Source: Amoeboradix gromovi X-113
Taxonomy: Eukaryota; Fungi; Sanchytriomycota
Reading direction: 5' to 3'
Assembly: GCA_018985225.1 (NCBI GenBank)
Contig: JADGIF010000561.1
Location: forward strand, 1-6,635
Length of the DNA: 6,635 nt
Shown piece after piece: positions 1 through 6,623 of the stretch (position 1 is the stretch's first letter; each line of letters begins with the position of its first letter). The position numbers and the translations under genes are program-made. The notes beneath the pieces are model-generated. The model saw nothing but the letters and a program-made list of their open reading frames with translations, did not search any database and was not told the origin of the DNA.

Positions 1-9
1 AATAATGTT

Positions 10-65
10 CCAAGTTGTTGCAGAATGTTAGTCCAGTTTTTATATTTGATGTCCCACATGTACAT
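10..65 (+). repeat. Left arm of imperfect terminal inverted repeat (partner 6568-6623)
   Basis: 10-56 ccaagttgttgcagaatgttagtccagtttttatatttgatgtccca versus the reverse complement of 6577-6623 ccaagttgttacagaaagttagtctagtttttatatttgatgtccca: 44/47 identical and ungapped by hand alignment; 50/56 when extended to 65/6568. Confidence 0.95.
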
Positions 66-738
66 AAAATTGCAAAAAGTGCATTTTTCTTCCCATTCTA
101 GGCACTGATTCTTTGATGAGACTACTACAGACTTACGACTCCAGACACAATAAACATATTTACTTCCAAGAATGCTAGCACATGTCCTTCTACGCAATCA
201 GGGAAGCTTATAGAACTGATTAAGGTGTATGGTGTAGTATGAAAGTAGCCAAACAGAAATCCGCTACCTTAACAGATCAGATCTAGCGAAGATTGAAAAG
301 CTAGGAATTTGTGAGTCAAATTAGACAGAAGTATTTTGCAATTGGCAGATGAATGTACAACACCCGAGTGCTGCAACTAGCATGCAAGATATAGTGAAGC
401 CGAATGGCCTGCACATGGGTTAAACTAGATGGAATTACGTTAAGAAAATATAGCTTTTGCTTAAACAGAGAGATGGGACATGCTATATTCATTTTGAGCA
501 GAGGACTAGATTATCGGCTGTATATCTTTGTAAACCTCCATCGAATTCCGTACTGTCGTTATGTAGTGTCTCATAGCCTATTTAGAGAATTAGTTAATCG
601 GTAAAATATAAATGAGAAATTTATTATGACTTCACTCTTGTTCGAATTTTCGTTTTCTTTATCACGCTTTAGCTTGAAAGTCAAAAGAAATTAATTTTTA
701 ATTCTTTCAATATTAATATTATTTGCAACGTTTGGAGT

Positions 739-1796
739 ATGGACGAGCTCATTCTACCACTGCCAGATCTCAAGTTGGTTCAGCATGTGTTTACCAAGAA
801 GTATGATTTAGCCATTGAGGAAATCAAAAAATACAAAATGAAGCCATATTATGAATTCCTATGCCAGACTCACAAATTGCCAATTTTGAAAGGTCTGGAC
901 CCTGAACCACTAGAATTGAAAGAATTGGACGAAGATGATGATTATGCCAAATTGACTCATGTAGTAAAAAAAGCTGTTCATTTATCCCAGCAAGGTTCTC
1001 TAGATGCCATTCCTATATTTGAGGATGCCATCAAAAGTACTGGAAACGTTGGTTTGAAAATGGATGCTTTGTTGACCATCATTAGGCTGAACTGGCTCTA
1101 CAACAAAGATGTATCCCACTACATGCAAAGCTGTGATGACTTGGTCGAAAATGCAGATTGGGACCGTAGAAATAAATACAAAGTTTACAAAGCTGTCGAC
1201 TTGATTATGAAGCGACAGTTTGATGACGCTGCGGTCCTGCTTTCAGAGACGTTGAGTACTTTTACTTCCACTGAGATTTGCAGTTTTCAAGAATTTACAC
1301 AAATTGCTGTTGTTATTTGCATTTTAACTCTTTCCAGACCTGATTTGAAGAAGCTTAACATCCAAGTTGATAACTCTTTGTTTGTTGAATATCAACAATC
1401 CCTGTATTTGTGTAAATATGCCGATTTTTTCACAAAATTGGCCTTGGTTGAGGATTACATGCAGCAACATTGGATATTAAGCTTACATCTAAAGTACTAC
1501 ATTAAAGAAATGAAGTTGAAGGCATACCTTCAAGTATTAACTAGCTATCAAAGCATTCATATTCACCATTTGGCGAAACTGTTTGGAGTTACTCAGTCCT
1601 ACATGGAACAGTAGTTAGTTGCTAATTTAGTGAGCTTTTTAAAGCTATATCAAGCGGAAGAATTAACGCACAAATTGACAAGGTGCATGGGATGGTAAAG
1701 ATGGCACCTAAACAAGGAATGTATACCGAGATTATGAAAGTTGGGGATTTGCTAATGAACAAGATTCAGGCATTATCTAGAGTCATTTATACTTAA
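739..1796 (+). CDS. RPN7: 26S proteasome regulatory lid subunit RPN7/PSMD6; exons 739-1610 and 1631-1796, ~345 aa
   Basis: Motifs MKPYYEFLC, DWDRRNKYKVYK, RQFDDAAVLLSETLSTFTSTE and YYIKEMKLKAYLQVLTSYQS match RPN7. Splicing out 1611-1630 yields HELFKAISSGRINAQIDKVHGMV...GDLLMNKIQALSRVIYT*, the expected PCI C-terminus (compare GRLHCKIDKV...GDLLLNRVQKLSRVI). Confidence 0.95.
1611..1630 (+). other. 20-nt spliceosomal intron in RPN7
   Basis: GTAGTTAGTTGCTAATTTAG: GT...AG with a CTAAT branch site next to the 3' splice site. Removal eliminates the TAG at 1612-1614 and restores the frame into the conserved C-terminus. Confidence 0.92.
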
Positions 1797-1804
1797 TAAA
1801 TAAA
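1795..1804 (+). terminator. Putative polyadenylation signal overlapping the RPN7 stop codon
   Basis: TAATAAATAAA: AATAAA at 1795-1800 overlaps the TAA stop (1794-1796); a second AATAAA lies at 1799-1804. Confidence 0.55.
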
Positions 1805-1810
1805 CTAACA

Positions 1811-2150
1811 TTCAGACACTAAGGACTTGTTTGCTCTCATAGGGCAAGTGCCCAAGCCGATTCGAGTCGGAATATATCAGATCTAAAGAAATTGCTAGCG
1901 GCTGTAGAGCAGACTCCTCTACACTCAAACATGATGTAAACAGAACGGTCGTCCAAGGAAAACGCAAGACGTTGGGGAATGCGATGAAGTATTTACTAGT
2001 CGATTGCCTACCTCTGCTGAGGTCTTACCAATATCGGTTGGAGACTGTACATTACAAGAAAATGAACGTAAAGTACTTGAGATTATGCAGCCTACTAGAT
2101 CATGCCTAAGAGTAGTTGAAGCGTGAGGGTCACTCGTTTGTTGGTCTACT
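1811..2150. ncRNA. Candidate structured non-coding RNA, family not recognised
   Basis: About 43% GC by hand count over 1801-2160, higher than the other intergenic gaps. No ATG-led ORF of 60 aa or more. Hairpins at 1842-1853, 1857-1870, 1903-1923, 2021-2046 and 2111-2150. Confidence 0.3.
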
Positions 2151-2207
2151 TGAGGAAATTGTTGCTTTTCTAAAAACTAAGACCTTTATTGAGGTAATTG
2201 AAACAAA

Positions 2208-3428
2208 ATGTCGAGACAAAGAGCCATTTATTTGCAAAAGGAATTCCAAGAAGGTGGCATATTAGAAGAAGATGAAGATTATAATTGGAAAAGAATGAAA
2301 AAGATAGCTATTTTAAAGTATAGAAAGCTACTAGAAAAAAAAGGTAAATATGAACCACACACATTTAGAGGGTTTTGCGAAATCGTAGTTGAAAGAAAGG
2401 AGTTTAAGTTTATGATGATGGTAGCTGTAGTCTTAAACATACTACTAGTTTGCGTAGAACTGAATGAAACCACGACAATTGAGATTGCAGCAAATAACAT
2501 ATTTCTAGGAATATATACTTTTGAGTTTTGGATAAGATTTTATGTGGACTATTTCTATTTTACTAGGAGTGGTTATGACTTCTTTGACCTTGCTATTCTG
2601 GTTCTTAGTTATTTTGATTTGATTTACTCATCTTTTGTGACCGCATCAAGCTCAAAGCAATTTTCTGTCTTTCGAGTATTTAGATCATTGAGAGCAATGA
2701 GGCTGTTTAGGTCTGTGGGATTTATTCGTAAACTCAGACTTATTGTGAATGCTCTCGGTAAAACACTACGTAATTCAATTTTAAATGTCACCATTTTGTT
2801 AGTTTTGATGATGTTCATTTTTGTAATACTGGGATATTATTTGTTTGGACAAGGGTCTAATGGTGTCAATGCGTTTAGTTCGATAAGCGCTGGATTCTTT
2901 TCTTTATTTCGTTTTGTTACAGCAGAGAGTTGGCTGCAAGTTCAAACTAAATTGAATGAAGCCGGTTATTCTGGGTCTCAATGGTATTCCATATCTTTCA
3001 TGTTTATTGGCAACGTTGTGTTATCAAATTTGTTTATTGGCGTTATTTGTGAAAATATTGACGAAGCTACCGCTGCTGATGAGCAAGAACAATTTCAATT
3101 TCGTATTTCGGTTCAAAATGAAAAAAAAAAGCTTTTAGCGCAGAAGCAAGAGGAAGATATGAAGAATTTGTTTAAGACAAAAGTCAATTCAAAAGTCGAC
3201 ACAAAAGAAATCGACAAATTATTGGAACAAATGGCTGGCAAATTAGACGGTGATGAGTACACACCAATGCGGCATTTCTATTTTCATCCTACGTGGCTAA
3301 ATACCTATTTGATAACTTTGAACAATGAAATGCTTCTAATGATTAAAAATCAACAAGGATTTATTCGACTAACAAACAATATCAAAGAATATCAAGATAT
3401 GGGCGATTGCAATGACATTGAAGACTAA
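2208..3428 (+). CDS. CatSper3-like single-domain (6-TM) voltage-gated cation channel alpha subunit, 406 aa
   Basis: Ion_trans layout: S2 IFLGIYTFEFWIRFY, S3 YDFFDLAIL, S4 RVFRSLRAMRLFR, pore FFSLFRFVTAESW, S6 NLFIGVI. The C-terminal EKKKLLAQKQEEDMKNL and WLNTYLITL resemble CatSper3 (EKQVILQRQQEEISRL, FIDIYFSTL; recalled from memory). Confidence 0.85.
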   Translation: MSRQRAIYLQKEFQEGGILEEDEDYNWKRMKKIAILKYRKLLEKKGKYEPHTFRGFCEIVVERKEFKFMMMVAVVLNILLVCVELNETTTIEIAANNIFLGIYTFEFWIRFYVDYFYFTRSGYDFFDLAILVLSYFDLIYSSFVTASSSKQFSVFRVFRSLRAMRLFRSVGFIRKLRLIVNALGKTLRNSILNVTILLVLMMFIFVILGYYLFGQGSNGVNAFSSISAGFFSLFRFVTAESWLQVQTKLNEAGYSGSQWYSISFMFIGNVVLSNLFIGVICENIDEATAADEQEQFQFRISVQNEKKKLLAQKQEEDMKNLFKTKVNSKVDTKEIDKLLEQMAGKLDGDEYTPMRHFYFHPTWLNTYLITLNNEMLLMIKNQQGFIRLTNNIKEYQDMGDCNDIED

Positions 3429-3430
3429 TA

Positions 3431-3439
3431 TTTAATAAA
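3431..3439. terminator. Overlapping bidirectional poly(A) signals between convergent genes
   Basis: TTTAATAAA in a 16-nt gap: AATAAA on + (3434-3439) and ATTAAA on - (3436-3431). Confidence 0.5.
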
Positions 3440-3444
3440 TAGCT

Positions 3445-3663
3445 TTAGAATATCATTGGGTGATTAATCTTCTTTCCTGTTTTGCTTTCATACTCTTTTG
3501 CTTCTTCCAAAAATATATCCCAAACACAGTTTACACATCCTGACATACAGCAATTGTTTGGAACTACTGGCTGCTCCATTTCTACTATTTGTGACATGTA
3601 CTTGTTGAGCATTTTCCTTTTTGGACGGGCCATTAAGTATTTATAAAATCCTCGATGTTTCAT
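3445..3663 (-). CDS. Oxidoreductase-like domain protein (OXLD1 / yeast YPL107W family), 72 aa
   Basis: Signature PVVPNNCCMSGCVNCVWDIFLEE; the basic N-terminus lacks acidic residues and may be a mitochondrial presequence. Confidence 0.88.
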   Translation of the reverse strand: MKHRGFYKYLMARPKRKMLNKYMSQIVEMEQPVVPNNCCMSGCVNCVWDIFLEEAKEYESKTGKKINHPMIF

Positions 3664-3718
3664 AGAGTATGGAATGAAATTGCAACCTAATTAATGAGTT
3701 TAAACAATTTACTAATTA

Positions 3719-5050
3719 CTACTCCCAAGCATTCTTCATGTATACTTGTACTGCATGTAATGCCTTGTACTTAACTTCATCATTTTCGTGTGTCATCAAC
3801 TCCATAATTTTTTGTTTAGCTCCACTTAATTGCACATATCTACGTTAGTCAATAAAATACTTTTTAGAGTCTGGACAGTATTTTAGTATTTGTCCAATAT
3901 CATGACAACTAATCGCTAATATTTCTGGTTTGCTTGCAGCACTCAATAATCGAGCCAAGGACTTAATAAGTGCTCCATCCATTTCCATAAACTTGTTAGC
4001 ATTGAACTTCCAGAAGATATCACTGGTATGTACAGGAGACCATTCTAAATTTCCGCTTGTAATTTCAGCTGCGTAATGATCAAAAGTGGATAGCTTTAAA
4101 ACGTGTTCTTGAATAGCAGTATCTAACTTTTCCAGGTCCTCTTTCATGTCTGTATCATTAAACTTTAAGGACTCGAATATTAAGTGTGCCTTGTAGCCAA
4201 CTAGAGAATTTAAAGTATCAACAGGATCTCCCTTCCACAAGTTAAATATCAAAGATATAGCAACTCGCGCCACTTTCTCTTTTTGGGTTCTTCTTAGAAT
4301 GCTCAGCAATGCAGATGAAGACCGGTACTTGTTGATTGTAGCAGCTGTTGTAGGTTCAAACGAAATCAGCCATAAAATGTATGATAACTGATATTGACGT
4401 TGAACAGCCTGTGCGTCCCAATACTCCAGTTCAGCAATTGTTTTTAGTTTCTTAGAAATCACTTCGATGTACTTCTCTTGAGCGATAAATTGAATTCTAA
4501 TTTCATGTACAGCCAAAATTGATTGTAATCCTTCCAATGCAAAATCACTTGTTTTTTGACTATTTAGCTCAGCTATGTATGGATATAGTATATCGAAAAG
4601 TATTCTGTAATCATGACTTAAAAAAGTCTTCCATTCACGTTTTAATTGAGAATGGCAAACCAGCTCTGATATAATCTTTAAACAAATCCATGGAGTTATT
4701 GCATCTGTTTTCCATTTATCCATTTTCTTTAGCAGCACCGGAATTGGGTCTTCATTCCCATTCAAGCAAATCGTCATTCGTTTATTATTTTGTATCAATT
4801 CATCCATCAAGTACAGTATTGCATTTATTGTGTCTGCTTTCTGTAACCTCTCTAATAACGATATCCAGATATGATTGTATTTCAATACTAATTCTGAATC
4901 TGGTTGATCCTCGCTTAAGAGGCTTGAATAAGATTTGATTGCATCGTACTCATCCTTTGATATTAATTGTGCTGAGAAGTATCCCTCCCACGGAATATTC
5001 GCTTGCTTTGACGGTAGCTCAATTAATGTAGATACTGGCAAATTATTCAT
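3719..5050 (-). CDS. VMA13: V-type proton ATPase V1 subunit H; exons 5050-3861 and 3839-3719, ~436 aa
   Basis: Motifs IPWEGY, QYQLSYILWLISF, KEKVARV, LSTFDHYAAEITSGNLEWSPVHTSDIFWKFNA and AISCHDIGQ. The spliced second exon gives YVQLSGAKQKIMELMTHENDEVKYKALHAVQVYMKNAWE*, matching the conserved subunit H C-terminus. Confidence 0.96.
3840..3860 (-). other. 21-nt spliceosomal intron in VMA13
   Basis: Minus strand GTATTTTATTGACTAACGTAG: GT...AG with a GACTAAC branch site directly followed by GTAG; it contains the in-frame TAA at which the ORF track stops. Confidence 0.92.
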
Positions 5051-5119
5051 GCACTCCTTTTGTTTATAAAATGTAATTTAAATGAAAATAATTTATTACC
5101 TAGTTGTATCCTGTTGTTC

Positions 5120-6400
5120 TTAATCAACATTCCTTCGAATCTCCTCGAACAATTGATTTGCACTTGAGCCGCTTTGTTCTTGGGCGTTTGGTGGCGCAAC
5201 TCTTCCACCATCATTATGAATATAGGGAGGTCCCCGAATTACTCTTCTAGCAGGAGCGCCAGCAGCAGGTACACTATGGGTCGCTTCTTGCCCATTCCCG
5301 ATTGGAGGGTGTGCTGCGGAGTGTGAACTCGCGCGGACTAGTGCAGATGGGACATTACCCTTTTTTGGATTTGGGCAGAAAATACTAATTGAATCAGCTG
5401 TGGTAGTTATTTTGCACTTTTGGTTGACAACCGGGCGTGAACTTAACAAAAGGTCTTGCACTGTAGCAACTCTCACTGTTGCTGAACCAGTTGATCGAGA
5501 CTCTACTCCCTCACCAGCACCAAAACTGCCTTCTGACTGCACAAAGGGAGAAGTATTCCCTTTAAACAATGGCATATTCGTACGAAGACCAAGTGGTCGT
5601 TCCCCAGACAGGTCTAAACTATCTGGCGAGGCTAATGATGCTCGACCGGCTTTTATATCACTTGGAAAACCTGGCGGTTCAGAAACTAAGTTTTCAAATG
5701 GTTCCTGCAAACTTTTTCCAACTGGTTGAACTGGTTGAACTGCTTGAGCTATTTTAACTGGCTGAACTGGCTGAACTGGCTGAACTGGCTGAACTGGCTG
5801 AACTGGTTGATCTGGTTGATCTGGTTGATCTGGTTGATCTGGTTGATCTGGTTGATCTGGTTGAGCCGGTGGAGTTTGTGGAACTGGTAAAATTGTCTGG
5901 GCTTGAGGTTGAATATCAGGTGCATCACTAGCACCTAAAACTGAGCCAAGGCCAGAATCTCTTGGTTTATCTCCATTAACAATACTGCCTGCTTCCTCTC
6001 CAGCAATAGTCCCATCTATTTTCTCGCCGCCATCTTTGCCAACTGTTTCTTCACTACTAGTCCCATCTAGTTCCTTGCCGTCATCTTTGCCAACTGGTTC
6101 TTCTTCATTACCAGTCCCATCTAGTTCCTTGCCGTCATCTGTGTTACCGGCACTAACTTCAGTATCTGCTTGTAAAGTAGGTCCAAGCTCAGCCCCTTCT
6201 GTATTTTCTACTGTTCCTTGGATTTCGGGTGGACTGGCTTCTTGACCGTCATGCACATTCTGCTCAACACTTTGGGTAGTTTTACCATCTAAAATGGGTG
6301 GTGATGATTCCTGCCCGTCAGTTGAAAGAGGCTCAGTAATGTTTGTGTTTGGAATAGCACCCAATAATGAGGTAGAGTAAATTAGTTTCACAAGTAGCAT
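5120..6400 (-). CDS. Hypothetical low-complexity (Pro/Gln/Gly/acidic) repeat protein, possibly secreted, ~426 aa
   Basis: 1.28-kb uninterrupted ORF whose repeat units are all multiples of 3. The first ATG is at 6400 (the track's start at 6406 is TTG). Weak hydrophobic N-terminus MLLVKLIYSTSLLGA; one Cys pair in a short beta-like patch (KCKITTTADSISIFCP). No family recognised. Confidence 0.8.
   Translation of the reverse strand: MLLVKLIYSTSLLGAIPNTNITEPLSTDGQESSPPILDGKTTQSVEQNVHDGQEASPPEIQGTVENTEGAELGPTLQADTEVSAGNTDDGKELDGTGNEEEPVGKDDGKELDGTSSEETVGKDGGEKIDGTIAGEEAGSIVNGDKPRDSGLGSVLGASDAPDIQPQAQTILPVPQTPPAQPDQPDQPDQPDQPDQPDQPVQPVQPVQPVQPVQPVKIAQAVQPVQPVGKSLQEPFENLVSEPPGFPSDIKAGRASLASPDSLDLSGERPLGLRTNMPLFKGNTSPFVQSEGSFGAGEGVESRSTGSATVRVATVQDLLLSSRPVVNQKCKITTTADSISIFCPNPKKGNVPSALVRASSHSAAHPPIGNGQEATHSVPAAGAPARRVIRGPPYIHNDGGRVAPPNAQEQSGSSANQLFEEIRRNVD
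5756..5863. repeat. Coding 9-bp tandem repeat, 12 units, encoding (QPD)6(QPV)6 on the minus strand
   Basis: Plus strand: 5 x AACTGGCTG (5756-5800), 1 x AACTGGTTG (5801-5809), 6 x ATCTGGTTG (5810-5863); three further related units at 5720-5746. Confidence 0.97.
6008..6140. repeat. Coding 51-54-bp tandem repeat, about 2.5 copies (GKDDGKELDGT-type unit)
   Basis: Units begin AGTCCCATCTA at 6008, 6059 and 6113; AGTCCCATCTAGTTCCTTGCCGTCATCT is identical in the second and third copies. Confidence 0.93.
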
Positions 6401-6567
6401 TGTCAAACCGGCTTAGAATTCTTTTAAATCAATATAGTGTGTACAAGTATCTGAATATGACTATGAATATCTGTTGTGTAATTCATAGGAACACAAACAA
6501 ATAATCGTGTCTGAAAACAAATTTCTCTATGGGAAATAAAGTTGACAATAGAAAACTCTGTTCCTGC

Positions 6568-6623
6568 ATGAGCATTTGGGACATCAAATATAAAAACTAG
6601 ACTAACTTTCTGTAACAACTTGG
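6568..6623 (-). repeat. Right arm of imperfect terminal inverted repeat (partner 10-65)
   Basis: Its reverse complement aligns without gaps to 10-65; the core is 44/47 identical. Confidence 0.95.

Noticed and set aside
404-604. 66-aa ORF in the left subterminal region
   Set aside because: No recognisable motif and atypical composition; length is compatible with chance.
722-730. TTTGCAACG upstream of RPN7 resembling the reverse PACE (Rpn4) site TTTGCCACC
   Set aside because: Only 7/9 matches, with a mismatch in the core; TTGCAAC also occurs near 3680 beside a non-proteasome gene.
1843-2109. Stop-free + frame of about 88 codons in the RPN7-channel gap
   Set aside because: No suitable upstream ATG or convincing splice acceptor and no recognisable protein features; not fully excluded without RNA data.
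2041-2130. U3 snoRNA-like fragments (GAGACTGTAC, AGCGTGAG)
   Set aside because: Box A (GGATCATTTCT-like) and downstream boxes C and D are missing.
2279-3138. Short ORFs 2279-2500 (-), 2624-2818 (-) and 2956-3138 (+)
   Set aside because: Shadow frames of the channel gene.
3845-3847. TAA/TAG reassignment (e.g. to Gln) as an alternative to the introns
   Set aside because: TAA and TAG terminate RPN7 and VMA13 at the homologous C-termini, the long ORFs have no other internal TAR, and the RPN7 interruption also shifts the frame.
4690-4938. 82-aa + ORF
   Set aside because: Antisense shadow of VMA13.
5756-6140. Repeats as a CRISPR array or telomere tract
   Set aside because: No unique spacers, codon-phased, internal to a coding sequence, and in a eukaryotic context.
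5400-6245. ORFs 5400-5729, 5569-5757, 5749-5934 and 6036-6245
   Set aside because: Alternative or antisense frames kept open by the repeats of the 5120-6400 gene.
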